A DNA stretch of 64,000 nucleotides from positions 81,427 to 145,426 of the IMG/VR virus record IMGVR_UViG_3300027714_000004. One strand, 5' to 3'. The DNA comes from a virus. Below are positions 1-8,398 of the stretch, one piece after another. The position numbers were made by a program, and so were the translations under genes. Below the pieces are notes generated by a model. The model was not told where the DNA came from and did no database searches. It was given only the letters and a program-made list of their open reading frames with translations. Numbering within the stretch: the stretch's first letter is position 1; each line of letters starts with the position of its first letter.

Positions 1-749
1 TCAACCATAGTCTGGTTGTCTTTCTCTTCACCATTGATCCACTTAACGGCAGATGATGCACCGTAGTAGATATCAATCATATCAAATTCTGGGGTACACA
101 TAGGTGCAAATATCTCACGGACTTGATCGTCTTCAAACCCTACTTCTTGGTCTTGCATAGGAACACCTAGGAATACGACTGCGTCGAACTTCTCGTGTTC
201 ACCTTCTAGAGACCAAGATGATTGTCCATGCTTGTACTGATGAGAACATGTTAATGTCTTATCAATCATACCTGAAGCCATATACATCTCATGCATAGCG
301 CCTTTGTACTTAGTCTCTGGTGGACGGACAATAGTGAACTTCGCATTGTATCCATACATGTCCATCACTAGAGGGATGCTCTGAGCGATAATGTTCATGT
401 CTGGGAAAGTTGTCATATGTGCACGTTCTGGAGGAAGTAGGTCAACCATTCTGTCAGCGCGATAACTTAACATCCAGTGACTCTGACCTTCGTTTACGTG
501 ACCAACAAACAATACATTCTTATATCCTTTGGACATAATTGCATTACAGAACATTGGTGCACGAGACAACATTTCTTCGGACATATTGATCTCGTCAGAC
601 TTATGACGTAGGTACTTACCTTTCTTGACAGTTGCTTGATTCAAGGCAGTATTCATCTGTAGAGCAAGATGCTCTTTCTTTCCTTTTGAAACGAATTTCT
701 GATTTTCTCCATCGGTTAAAATGGTTTCATCTGATGTGTTAAAAAACAT
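1..749 (-). CDS. Hypothetical late protein, truncated by the window edge (MFFNTSDETILTDGENQKF...)
   Basis: Hand translation from ATG at 749 is open to position 1. It lies 3 nt downstream of ORF 753-1007. NVLFVG and FDAVVFLG segments hint at a Rossmann-like fold. Confidence 0.6.
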   Translation of the reverse strand, partial: MFFNTSDETILTDGENQKFVSKGKKEHLALQMNTALNQATVKKGKYLRHKSDEINMSEEMLSRAPMFCNAIMSKGYKNVLFVGHVNEGQSHWMLSYRADRMVDLLPPERAHMTTFPDMNIIAQSIPLVMDMYGYNAKFTIVRPPETKYKGAMHEMYMASGMIDKTLTCSHQYKHGQSSWSLEGEHEKFDAVVFLGVPMQDQEVGFEDDQVREIFAPMCTPEFDMIDIYYGASSAVKWINGEEKDNQTMV

Positions 750-752
750 TGG

Positions 753-1007
753 TTAGGATCCCTTATAGATGTTTTGTATGTGTGTTTCGAATTGCTCGAT
801 CTTGTCCAATCGATTCGGCCATAAGATGTACTCCTTTTCAGGATTCGCCTTTAGGTTCGTCAATAACGGTTGAATCGCATTGAATAGGTTATCGAGTCGT
901 GTGTGGTAATCATCAGCATCAGAGGATATGGACTCTAACTGTTGGACAGCTTCGAGTTCCGACTCGTCTACTACTGTGAAACCGAAATCAAATAGTTCTG
1001 TATTCAT
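753..1007 (-). CDS. Conserved hypothetical protein of T4-like phages (MNTELFDFGFTVVDESEL...YILWPNR)
   Basis: From the ORF track; start moved to ATG 1007 because the late promoter lies at 1013-1020. Confidence 0.7.
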   Translation of the reverse strand: MNTELFDFGFTVVDESELEAVQQLESISSDADDYHTRLDNLFNAIQPLLTNLKANPEKEYILWPNRLDKIEQFETHIQNIYKGS

Positions 1008-1012
1008 AGGGT

Positions 1013-1020
1013 TATTTATA
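1013..1020 (-). promoter_or_regulatory. T4-type late promoter TATAAATA
   Basis: Exact gp55 consensus on the minus strand, immediately upstream of a minus-strand operon. Confidence 0.8.
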
Positions 1021-1039
1021 CCTTTTTTTTGGTCAGCCC

Positions 1040-1068
1040 TTGACAAAGCTTGATATATCTGTTACAAT
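1040..1068 (+). promoter_or_regulatory. Sigma70-like early promoter
   Basis: TTGACA-17 nt-TACAAT. Confidence 0.8.
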
Positions 1069-1096
1069 GTAGCTTCAGACCTAGAGGGGACTATAC

Positions 1097-1645
1097 ATGA
1101 ATATTTTTAGATTACACGATGATCCAGTCATATCTGCACAGATGATGTGTGACAAGCACGTAGTTAAAATGGTTACCGAGTACGGTCAACTACTCTCTAC
1201 TGCACACCGAGTTCTTGACGGTACTGTCGAGAGACGACCTTCCAAATCCGGAAAACGCATGGTAGACCATTATTTAGTCGCTGAACAAGCCCGAGAGAAT
1301 TTACTATACAAGGTTGCTCACAAGAACCACCCATCAGCAATCTGGTGTAGAGAGAACGATAAGAACTACCGATGGTTGTACAAACACTTTCAGGCAACTT
1401 CAAAAGAGTACACCAACCGTTACGGTCGTGTTCATATGACCTATGATAAGTTAGGTGGTATGTTATGGTTCGCACCGAAGAATATTGACATACAATTGAA
1501 AGAAACTAAAATGCCTGAGTGTATGCCTGACTACTGTAAGACAGACAGTGTACCTGAGAGTTACCGCAAGTACTATAACGAAGAGAAGAGTCACTTCGCA
1601 AAATGGTCTAACCGTGAGGTACCGGAGTGGTTTATAGAAAAGTAG
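1097..1645 (+). CDS. Pyrimidine-dimer DNA glycosylase / endonuclease V-like protein
   Basis: MNIF...P..SAQ..CDKHVVKM..E..QLLSTAH and HKNHPSAIW motifs typical of the DenV-related family; GAGGGGG RBS. Confidence 0.8.
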   Translation: MNIFRLHDDPVISAQMMCDKHVVKMVTEYGQLLSTAHRVLDGTVERRPSKSGKRMVDHYLVAEQARENLLYKVAHKNHPSAIWCRENDKNYRWLYKHFQATSKEYTNRYGRVHMTYDKLGGMLWFAPKNIDIQLKETKMPECMPDYCKTDSVPESYRKYYNEEKSHFAKWSNREVPEWFIEK

Positions 1646-1767
1646 GACTGTGGTCACTACGGGTTATGTTAATTATCTGGTTAAGTTTCTCCCAGAAGGC
1701 TGACGATGACCTATTCGGAGTACTTACCAGTATCCGACGATTTAATGAATGTAAGAGAGTTGTACAC

Positions 1768-1797
1768 TTGACAACCCCCTAGAATGTATAGTATAAT
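1768..1797 (+). promoter_or_regulatory. Sigma70-like early promoter
   Basis: TTGACA-18 nt-TATAAT. Confidence 0.7.
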
Positions 1798-1835
1798 GTA
1801 CATTGTACAGTTTATGAAACATATTGAGGTTTATT

Positions 1836-2132
1836 ATGATGCACGGTTCAATGCGACATACAACCACTGGTCGCAAGAAGAGTTACAATGCTTGGTCAAC
1901 CAAGAAGAAAGTTGCCCCCAGATTCCAACCTATGGAAGTTGCTAGTGAGCCCTACAAAAGGGACAGTATAGTTTATAACTCAGTAGATTCAGGTACTATG
2001 AATACCGAACGAAAGGAAAGAATGACCTACACCGGAACCTTAGTCAAAGGTATCGGTACCATGCACAAGTCGAATGCGGTGCCCGTAATCGACGAACAAC
2101 AGATGAAAGATTTAGCGAGGATGAGTCAATGA
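1836..2132 (+). CDS. Conserved hypothetical phage protein (YTGTLVKGIGTMHKSNAVPV)
   Basis: GAGG RBS before ATG 1836; the C-terminal motif is familiar from T4-like phages. Confidence 0.7.
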   Translation: MMHGSMRHTTTGRKKSYNAWSTKKKVAPRFQPMEVASEPYKRDSIVYNSVDSGTMNTERKERMTYTGTLVKGIGTMHKSNAVPVIDEQQMKDLARMSQ

Positions 2133-2332
2133 CATTACCCTGTGAGAGACGATGGGCGGTGAATAACACACGACAGTTCTTGATGGACTTACAAGATCCC
2201 AAGAAGACTCCAAGGATTCCGTCCGAGGTACGTAAACAGGCCTCTCGATGTCTTAGACACTACCCAGGCGAGTACTATATGGAACGTGCCGCAGAAGATG
2301 CACCTAATGTATTTGGAGACTGGGGTGAGTGA
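2129..2332 (+). CDS. Hypothetical phage protein (MTLPCER...PRIPSEVR...LRHYP)
   Basis: ATGA overlap with the upstream gene; recurrent phage motif. Confidence 0.7.
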   Translation: MTLPCERRWAVNNTRQFLMDLQDPKKTPRIPSEVRKQASRCLRHYPGEYYMERAAEDAPNVFGDWGE

Positions 2333-2711
2333 CTATACACCAGACAATTGGGTTGTTATTAAGTTTACCCAACAAATGAAAAGTGGCAATACCGGATATG
2401 GTAGAACCGAAAAAGTATTTTACAAAGTACTTGGTGGATGGTCAGGTGGGTATCTTGGTAGTGATTCTTGGAGACTGAACAGTGGCATCGTTGACGTTGA
2501 AGAGACTACTGATTCTTTCATCTTTATCGGTCATAGTGGTAGTCGGTACATATGCGACAAGACTCAGGAACGTCTAAGAATGAATACTGCTGGTATATGG
2601 GAACAAATGCAGGAAGTTAGTGAATCGACGGCCGGGGATGTTAAACTTGAGCTGATGGAACCTGATGACGAAAGAACTCGTAAAGATTGGAAGGTAATGC
2701 TATGTCTATGA
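2325..2711 (+). CDS. Conserved hypothetical phage protein (YKVLGGWSGGYLGSDSWRLNSGI)
   Basis: From the ORF track; GTG start after GGAG; motif typical of T4-like phage ORFs. Confidence 0.7.
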   Translation: MSDYTPDNWVVIKFTQQMKSGNTGYGRTEKVFYKVLGGWSGGYLGSDSWRLNSGIVDVEETTDSFIFIGHSGSRYICDKTQERLRMNTAGIWEQMQEVSESTAGDVKLELMEPDDERTRKDWKVMLCL

Positions 2712-3127
2712 ACGAAGACGAACGAGTTGCAAGAGTAGAGGGTCAACTTAGTCCCGAAGTTCAATCGGAGTTCTCGGGCAGTACAATGTCCAAGGCAGGG
2801 AGACTTGCTATGGAACTTAATGTCGAACGCAAACGTCTCAAGCAAGAGATGGAAGAACTACAATTAGAAGTCGAAGACCTGAAACCTGCAACACCTACGG
2901 GTACGATTGACAGTTATGTTAAGTGGGGAGCGACTGTACTTGGTGTGGTTGGAGTATTCGCTATGAGCGCAGGGTTTGGTATCACCGGACAGATATGTTA
3001 TGCGTCAGCCGCTACTGCATGGGTGTATGTCGGTCACTGTTGGAATGACAAAGCAATTATGATAGGAAGTGCTATATCAGGTACATCAGTACTAATGAAC
3101 CTAGTGGACACTCTAGTAGCATCGTGA
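2702..3127 (+). CDS. Coiled-coil plus membrane protein
   Basis: N-terminal heptads followed by about three hydrophobic segments. Confidence 0.6.
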   Translation: MSMNEDERVARVEGQLSPEVQSEFSGSTMSKAGRLAMELNVERKRLKQEMEELQLEVEDLKPATPTGTIDSYVKWGATVLGVVGVFAMSAGFGITGQICYASAATAWVYVGHCWNDKAIMIGSAISGTSVLMNLVDTLVAS

Positions 3128-3158
3128 CCAACTATCGCTGATTGGTCGAGCTTCTGCC

Positions 3159-3222
3159 TTGCATTATATCCAAACCTATGAGATAATAGCTACCTAATTG
3201 ACTGATAGAGAGATAGATTATG
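3159..3222 (+). promoter_or_regulatory. Repeated early promoter/RBS cassette, copy 1
   Basis: TTGCAT-17-GATAAT followed by AGCTACCTAATTGACTGATAGAGAGA...TTATG. Confidence 0.8.
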
Positions 3223-3519
3223 ACTGCATTTACTAAAGAAAACTTCACTTGGGACGGCATGTACTTGATGTATCAAGGTATGTTCGAAGGTTCTCGCACT
3301 ATGGAGCAAGTTTCTCCTAACTGTCACTCATCTTGGCACGGTAAGCCAGAACGCACTTTCGTTGCACGATTCAAGTATGGTTCTAAGCCGTGGAAGTCGT
3401 GGATGAATCACCTAGTTAAAAACTGTACTGTTGAGCAGTACATTGAGTTGACTCGAAACACTAGTCCGATGGAAGCAATGGAAACCCTTGGTTTCAAACC
3501 ACGTAAGAGGAGAGCATAA
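3220..3519 (+). CDS. Hypothetical early protein
   Basis: ORF starts at the cassette ATG. Confidence 0.7.
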   Translation: MTAFTKENFTWDGMYLMYQGMFEGSRTMEQVSPNCHSSWHGKPERTFVARFKYGSKPWKSWMNHLVKNCTVEQYIELTRNTSPMEAMETLGFKPRKRRA

Positions 3520-3725
3520 TGATAATGTACGGTTCAGTTGGTGAGATACTTTTATGGGAGACTCCTACTGGGGTCTCTTCTGGTGAGATCATGTTCGTTC
3601 ATAAGGACATTGCGGGTGATGGTGTGGACTACTACAGTATTACATCTGGTTCCGAACCTATGGATCGATACTATCTAGACAGTGATGCGATGTCGAAGAT
3701 GAATGTGGTTAATCTATCTGCGTGA
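3519..3725 (+). CDS. Hypothetical early protein
   Basis: TAATG coupling with the upstream gene; GAGGAG RBS. Confidence 0.6.
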   Translation: MIMYGSVGEILLWETPTGVSSGEIMFVHKDIAGDGVDYYSITSGSEPMDRYYLDSDAMSKMNVVNLSA

Positions 3726-3756
3726 CTAGTTTCTTTGTTTGGGTCACGCTTATGCC

Positions 3757-3817
3757 TTGCATTCTACCCAAACCTATGAGATAATAGCTACCTAATTGAT
3801 TGAGAGAGTAGATTATG
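3757..3817 (+). promoter_or_regulatory. Repeated early promoter/RBS cassette, copy 2
   Basis: TTGCAT-17-GATAAT-AGCTACCTAATTGATTGAGAGAG...TTATG, nearly identical to copy 1. Confidence 0.8.
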
Positions 3818-4072
3818 AAAGACAGAATATTCGACTATGCCAAGACTGATGATACCCAGTTCTTCTACTTTAATCGTGTTGCAGACTGCTTCACTACCAA
3901 GATGGATTGGTATGACAATGATGACGTTGATATGATCGTTGTTGACGCAACTAATACCTCGCAAGAGACTGACAACATTTTCTCTTTCCTCTACCAAACA
4001 GAACCTAACGCGGATCAGGTCTGGATGCGATTTGCCCAAGAATTCTACGGAGATGCATATGTCAACGCTTAG
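3815..4072 (+). CDS. Hypothetical acidic early protein
   Basis: ORF starts at the cassette ATG. Confidence 0.7.
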   Translation: MKDRIFDYAKTDDTQFFYFNRVADCFTTKMDWYDNDDVDMIVVDATNTSQETDNIFSFLYQTEPNADQVWMRFAQEFYGDAYVNA

Positions 4073-4325
4073 TCTAGAAGAAGCCTGTCACTACTTGTGG
4101 CGCGAAGAGATTACGGATTGGGGTTCGTACACCTACGTCCAGAATCATATCTACATTAGTAAGGGTACCGACCTCGTAGGATTCGTTCCTCGCAGTACAG
4201 GTATCATTAAGATGTTCAATACCCCTAAGAAGTCTTGGTCAGTTGCTCGACGCAAGTTCCGCAAGTTTACCAAGAAAGATATAAAAAAGGTTATTGATAT
4301 GCAAAATGGTTCTAAACAGGACTAA
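4059..4325 (+). CDS. Hypothetical early protein
   Basis: GGAG RBS before ATG 4059; C-terminal FNTPKKSWSVARRKF motif. Confidence 0.65.
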   Translation: MSTLSLEEACHYLWREEITDWGSYTYVQNHIYISKGTDLVGFVPRSTGIIKMFNTPKKSWSVARRKFRKFTKKDIKKVIDMQNGSKQD

Positions 4326-4343
4326 CTATTTAGCTACACGCCC

Positions 4344-4407
4344 TTGCTTTTTTAAAACAAGTATGAGATAATAGCTACCTAATTGACTGATAGAGAAATG
4401 ACTTATG
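4344..4407 (+). promoter_or_regulatory. Repeated early promoter/RBS cassette, copy 3
   Basis: TTGCTT-17-GATAAT-AGCTACCTAATTGACTGATAGAGA...TTATG. Confidence 0.8.
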
Positions 4408-4575
4408 AAAATTATCCTTATTGATGACATAAAGAACGTTCGAAACTTCAAGTCTGGTTATGAGTTGGTCGAGTATGAAGCAGGTACTGACCCTATGGAC
4501 GGTTTCTGTCTACTGGGTTTCGATGAAGTCGGAATGTTCTGTACCAACCCTCGTTACGCTTTCCTTGGAGCTTAA
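4405..4575 (+). CDS. Small hypothetical protein, 56 aa (MKIILIDDIKNVRNFKSGY...); not in the ORF track
   Basis: Hand translation; begins at the cassette ATG and ends just before the next ATG at 4580. Confidence 0.7.
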   Translation: MKIILIDDIKNVRNFKSGYELVEYEAGTDPMDGFCLLGFDEVGMFCTNPRYAFLGA

Positions 4576-4579
4576 TATA

Positions 4580-5254
4580 ATGTCAAACTACTTTAGTTAC
4601 CCAACCTACGGTTCTGATGAACACAAATACAATCAGTACCTTGGTAACCACGTCAACAAACAAAACAAGGGTAGTCGCGGTCAGGACTCTGAACGCCAGA
4701 AGACCTACCGAGCAGAGTGGACGTTCCAGTCTAAGGTAACCAACCCTAAGTTTGCGTCTATCGATGAGGCTCAGAAGTTCGCCAAGAAGATCTATAAGTC
4801 CAAGACTTGGGTTAAGTTATGGAACAAGTCGATAGAGAATGACGTTAGTCGCATCTTCGGTGCGCAACCTAAAGTTGTCGCGATGGGTAGTCGTACGAAA
4901 AAGTTAAGTGGATTCACCGATGGATTCACTGTGACACTAGACTTGGTCACTGGTCTGAACAAGTACACCCTGTTACACGAACTTGCGCATTGTCTTGGTC
5001 ATATGCACCACGGTCGTTCGTTTCGACAATGTCTCTTGGGTCTGGTCGGTACCTTCATGGGATCTGAAGAGAAGAAGATTCTTAAAGGAGAGTTTAAGAA
5101 AGCAAAGTTGAAGTGCGGTGATGCTCGGAAACCTCAGACGTTCGAAGTCTGGATGGAGTCAAAGAAACGTATGGCTGCAATGCGAGAAGCAAACGAAAGT
5201 ATGAAAGACGATATAAAGTTTTTACATAAGATGCGTAGCAAAGGTTGTATGTAA
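4580..5254 (+). CDS. HExxH zinc metallopeptidase-like protein
   Basis: TLLHELAHCLGHMHHGRSF motif; GGAG RBS before ATG 4580. Confidence 0.7.
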   Translation: MSNYFSYPTYGSDEHKYNQYLGNHVNKQNKGSRGQDSERQKTYRAEWTFQSKVTNPKFASIDEAQKFAKKIYKSKTWVKLWNKSIENDVSRIFGAQPKVVAMGSRTKKLSGFTDGFTVTLDLVTGLNKYTLLHELAHCLGHMHHGRSFRQCLLGLVGTFMGSEEKKILKGEFKKAKLKCGDARKPQTFEVWMESKKRMAAMREANESMKDDIKFLHKMRSKGCM

Positions 5255-5421
5255 TGAATGAACAAATAGATACGTGCGAAGACTGTCGTATAGAAATAAC
5301 CACCAAAGGTATCGAAGTTGACAGCAGTACAGGGAACTTATACCTAGAGGGAGTAGTTTTAGTGATAGTAATAGCAGTCTTATATATTGGTAAGAAACTA
5401 GTTGACAAATACATTAAATGA
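5254..5421 (+). CDS. Small membrane protein, 55 aa (MNEQIDTCEDCRIEI...VVLVIVIAVLYIGKK)
   Basis: Hand translation; TAATG coupling; one TM helix followed by lysines. Confidence 0.55.
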   Translation: MNEQIDTCEDCRIEITTKGIEVDSSTGNLYLEGVVLVIVIAVLYIGKKLVDKYIK

Positions 5422-5535
5422 ATAGTTAGGTTTCCCTAGGTGGGGAAGGTATTACGGATATTGCTACTTATTGCTAAGTGTACTAACCCCACCATTTTTT
5501 ATTCCAAATTGTTCTAAAGAAATGTGAAATAGCCC

Positions 5536-5597
5536 TTGTGTTTTCAAAAGAAGTGTGAGATAATAGCTACCTAATTGATTGATAGAGAGTGATTATG
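5536..5597 (+). promoter_or_regulatory. Repeated early promoter/RBS cassette, copy 4
   Basis: TTGTGT-17-GATAAT-AGCTACCTAATTGATTGATAGAGAG...TTATG. Confidence 0.8.
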
Positions 5598-5789
5598 AAA
5601 AAAGACTTCCCAACCCTTTGCGGACTCCTCGGAGCGATTCTTATGGCAATCTTTGCCTTTCACATGAATCCCGTGATCGCGATAGTTGGATTGTCTTTGT
5701 TGTCTGTTCAATCAGTTAATGCAAAGTTGTGGAACCTTGTCGCTCTGAACGCGATAAGCATTTGTGGATTTGTTACTCAATTACTCTAA
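5595..5789 (+). CDS. Small hydrophobic membrane protein
   Basis: Starts at the cassette ATG; almost entirely hydrophobic. Confidence 0.65.
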   Translation: MKKDFPTLCGLLGAILMAIFAFHMNPVIAIVGLSLLSVQSVNAKLWNLVALNAISICGFVTQLL

Positions 5790-5799
5790 GGAATTTATT

Positions 5800-6015
5800 A
5801 TGAATTTGATTGGTCAGAAAGTTGAAGCAAACTGGGGCGCAATGTACCCTATCGCAGAAGGTGTTGTATGCGGACACTTCGGTAAGAATAATGTTATCAT
5901 TCGATGGGAAGATGGTACCAAGAGTGAACTTGATGCCAATTCAATTCATGAACTTGGTTACCGTAGTGTGAATGGTTCACCTATCGGAGTATTCTTCGGT
6001 GAGGTCGCGGCATGA
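5800..6015 (+). CDS. Hypothetical protein
   Basis: AAGGA RBS before ATG 5800. Confidence 0.65.
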   Translation: MNLIGQKVEANWGAMYPIAEGVVCGHFGKNNVIIRWEDGTKSELDANSIHELGYRSVNGSPIGVFFGEVAA

Positions 6016-6227
6016 TCGATAATATTAGTGTAGACTCTGATGGACTAATTGAACTCTATAACGGTGACAATCTCCTCGCAGCAGGTCGGTCACCACATTT
6101 CCTATCCTATGCGATACGACAACATGATGGCCCTGCTCCGGTGATTCGTACCTCGACTGCATGGCAAGAGTCTGAGATACTTGAGGAACTGGATTATATT
6201 TGGCAACAAACTTGTGAGTTACTATAA
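6012..6227 (+). CDS. Hypothetical protein
   Basis: ATGA overlap; GAGG RBS. Confidence 0.6.
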   Translation: MIDNISVDSDGLIELYNGDNLLAAGRSPHFLSYAIRQHDGPAPVIRTSTAWQESEILEELDYIWQQTCELL

Positions 6228-6640
6228 TGGATAGGGTAGTCAAACTAAACTTCGACCGTAAGGTGAGGTACCTCAAGGACAAGGATACTGAGGAGTGTCG
6301 TCGACTCTTTGAGAAGATAATGGATCACTACGGTCAGTTCCTAGAATCGCCACACGGGTGGGATCTTCGCTCTATCGCAACGTATGAGAAGGTGGTACGC
6401 AATTGTGGACTATCGGTTAATGAGTTTCTGTCGGAGACCTTCACCATAGCAGCTCCCAAACCAAAGAAGAAGACCGCTGTCAAGAAACCTACCGTGACCA
6501 AGAAGAAGGTTCCGGTCAAGAAACCTATTGTCAAGAAGAAACCTGTAGTGAGAAAGAAACCCACTACCGTGACCAAAAAGAAGACCTCGGTCACTAAGAA
6601 GACCCTTCCTAAGAAGAAATCGATAAAAAAGGTCGCATAG
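6227..6640 (+). CDS. Protein with a histone-H1-like Lys/Pro/Val/Thr-rich C-terminal tail
   Basis: KKTAVKKPTVTKKKVPVKKPIVKKKPVVRKKPTT... repeats. Confidence 0.65.
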   Translation: MDRVVKLNFDRKVRYLKDKDTEECRRLFEKIMDHYGQFLESPHGWDLRSIATYEKVVRNCGLSVNEFLSETFTIAAPKPKKKTAVKKPTVTKKKVPVKKPIVKKKPVVRKKPTTVTKKKTSVTKKTLPKKKSIKKVA

Positions 6641-6644
6641 GCCC

Positions 6645-6704
6645 TTGACATTTCCCCTCAGTATGATATAATAGCTACCTAATTGATTGAGAGAGAACGT
6701 TATG
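6645..6704 (+). promoter_or_regulatory. Repeated early promoter/RBS cassette, copy 5
   Basis: TTGACA-16-TATAAT-AGCTACCTAATTGATTGAGAGAGA...TTATG. Confidence 0.8.
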
Positions 6705-7112
6705 AATCCAGTAAATATCGCAGGTCGCATCCGAGAGAAGAAACGCATCGAAGCGTATATCCATGCTATCGCGAAAGAGTTAGGTATTCACCGACTCTAT
6801 AGCAAGGTTCTCCTTGTAACCTTCTCTACTAAACTCCCTGATGATGCCCAAGGTCTCTGCTGGGGTGACTATAAGAGTCACGCTGAGATCTCTATAGCCC
6901 GTACTTGTCAGGGTGAGGCATTCACCCTAGAAGAGATGATGCAGACCCTAGCGCACGAACTAGTTCACGCTAAACAGTATCTTCGACGTGAACTGTGTGG
7001 TTACAGTTTTGCTTGGAAGGGACGTAAACCTCGCAACTACAAGTACGAGAACGCTCCTTGGGAGAAAGAGGCATACGGCCTAGAAGAAGAATTATTCAAA
7101 AAACACTGGTAA
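6702..7112 (+). CDS. HExxH metalloprotease-like protein
   Basis: TLAHELVHAKQY and YENAPWEKEAY motifs. Confidence 0.75.
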   Translation: MNPVNIAGRIREKKRIEAYIHAIAKELGIHRLYSKVLLVTFSTKLPDDAQGLCWGDYKSHAEISIARTCQGEAFTLEEMMQTLAHELVHAKQYLRRELCGYSFAWKGRKPRNYKYENAPWEKEAYGLEEELFKKHW

Positions 7113-7118
7113 TAAGAT

Positions 7119-7310
7119 ATGAATCAAATAATGGAAGCGCACCAAGAACTGTTGGGTGATCTGGAACTAATCATTGATACCCTATGCCATCCGGCTTACG
7201 AGACCTTTTCAGAAGAAGTTAAAGAGTCTATAACAAAAGAGCGCAATCGTCTGGAGATGTTACTCGAAGTTCTGGAAGAAGACCCGTTATATGAAAGGGG
7301 TTCTTTATAA
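7119..7310 (+). CDS. Hypothetical protein
   Basis: From the ORF track; co-oriented and tightly packed. Confidence 0.5.
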   Translation: MNQIMEAHQELLGDLELIIDTLCHPAYETFSEEVKESITKERNRLEMLLEVLEEDPLYERGSL

Positions 7311-7331
7311 CAAAATGGTCTAAAGAATATG

Positions 7332-7397
7332 TTGACTTTTGTTTAGGAAACAAGTATAATAGCTACATAAAGTCGAGTTGAGAGAGGAAATATTATG
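7332..7397 (+). promoter_or_regulatory. Early promoter/RBS cassette, copy 6 (diverged)
   Basis: TTGACT-17-TATAAT-AGCTAC...TTGAGAGAGG...TTATG. Confidence 0.75.
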
Positions 7398-7601
7398 AAA
7401 GGTTTATTTGAAATAGTTTTTGGTGTTGCCGCGATGGTTGCCATTGGTTATGTCTTCGCTGCGCCGGGCATATGGGATACCCCTGATGTTCACTTCAGCA
7501 ATCTGACACAAGAATGTGTGAAGGTTATCAATTACAAAACTGCTGACGTTTACAGCTGTACGAACCTTCCAGACCTCTACACTCACGTGTGGGTGAGATA
7601 A
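7395..7601 (+). CDS. Small protein with an N-terminal TM/signal segment
   Basis: Starts at the cassette ATG; hydrophobic N-terminus; two Cys. Confidence 0.65.
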   Translation: MKGLFEIVFGVAAMVAIGYVFAAPGIWDTPDVHFSNLTQECVKVINYKTADVYSCTNLPDLYTHVWVR

Positions 7602-7774
7602 TGGATATCCTACTTGAGGTTCTAGGGTGGTCTCTATTTAGTTTCCTTGCCTTCCTAATGTATATCAACCTTCATATGGAAAACGAGAAACATGAACAAG
7701 AGAGACTTCCACTGATGTGGGAAGAAGGCGGGTTTTTGAATGATTTTTGGCAATGGCTAAAAAAGTTCAAATAA
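7601..7774 (+). CDS. Small membrane protein
   Basis: TAATG coupling; N-terminal TM helix. Confidence 0.55.
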   Translation: MDILLEVLGWSLFSFLAFLMYINLHMENEKHEQERLPLMWEEGGFLNDFWQWLKKFK

Positions 7775-7778
7775 TGCC

Positions 7779-7847
7779 TTGACTTTTGTTTCGAAAAGAA
7801 GTATAATAGGTACTTAGTTAATTGAGTTGAGAGAGAAAAAGATTATG
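7779..7847 (+). promoter_or_regulatory. Early promoter/RBS cassette, copy 7 (diverged)
   Basis: TTGACT-17-TATAAT-AGGTAC...AATTGAGTTGAGAGAGA...TTATG. Confidence 0.75.
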
Positions 7848-8228
7848 GCACATGTAACCCAAGAAGACAAAAAGAAGTTAGCCCCCCAAATCAAAGCTGT
7901 CTTGAAGAAGTACAAGATGAAAGGTAGCATTGCGGTTAAACACCACAGCACTTTAGTCTGTAACATTAAGAGCGGTGCGTTAGACATCCTCAAGGCAGCT
8001 GATGCTGCTCAGTACGGACGCGACTACATTCAAGTCAACCCTTACTGGATTAAAGACAACTACAACTGCCCGACTGTTGTTGCGTTCTTGACTGAACTGA
8101 AAGCGGCAATGGAAGGAGAAGACTACTTCTGTGAAGACGACAGTCAGACTGACTACTTCTTCCGTAGCCACTACACCGATATCAACGTCGGAAACTACAA
8201 CACTCCTTATGTATTGGATGCAGCGTAA
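7845..8228 (+). CDS. Conserved hypothetical phage protein (MAHVTQEDKKKLAPQIKAVLKKY...DDSQTDYF)
   Basis: Starts at the cassette ATG; D-x-Q-T-D-Y-F motif common in phage early proteins. Confidence 0.7.
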   Translation: MAHVTQEDKKKLAPQIKAVLKKYKMKGSIAVKHHSTLVCNIKSGALDILKAADAAQYGRDYIQVNPYWIKDNYNCPTVVAFLTELKAAMEGEDYFCEDDSQTDYFFRSHYTDINVGNYNTPYVLDAA

Positions 8229-8395
8229 TGACTGATATGACTTTTCGTGCGTGGAGCAATCAGATGTGGTATGATCATTGCGATGAGGTAGAGGTCTGGA
8301 CTGGTAAACTTCCGAACTACACTGCTAAAGAATACTTTGTGAAGTATAAGTGGTTCCTGAAACGTGAATACCAGTACGCTAAAAAGTTAAAATAA
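8228..8395 (+). CDS. Small hypothetical protein, 55 aa (MTDMTFRAW...KEYFVKYKWFLKREY)
   Basis: Hand translation; TAATG coupling. Confidence 0.65.
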   Translation: MTDMTFRAWSNQMWYDHCDEVEVWTGKLPNYTAKEYFVKYKWFLKREYQYAKKLK

Positions 8396-8398
8396 GCC

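Noticed and set aside
1666-1782. 38-codon ORF after the glycosylase gene
   Set aside because: It is short, has a weak RBS and overlaps the next promoter, so it cannot be supported.
4460-4579. N-terminal extension of the 264-aa ORF in the track
   Set aside because: It overlaps a better-supported 56-aa gene starting at the cassette ATG 4405. The real start is likely 4580.
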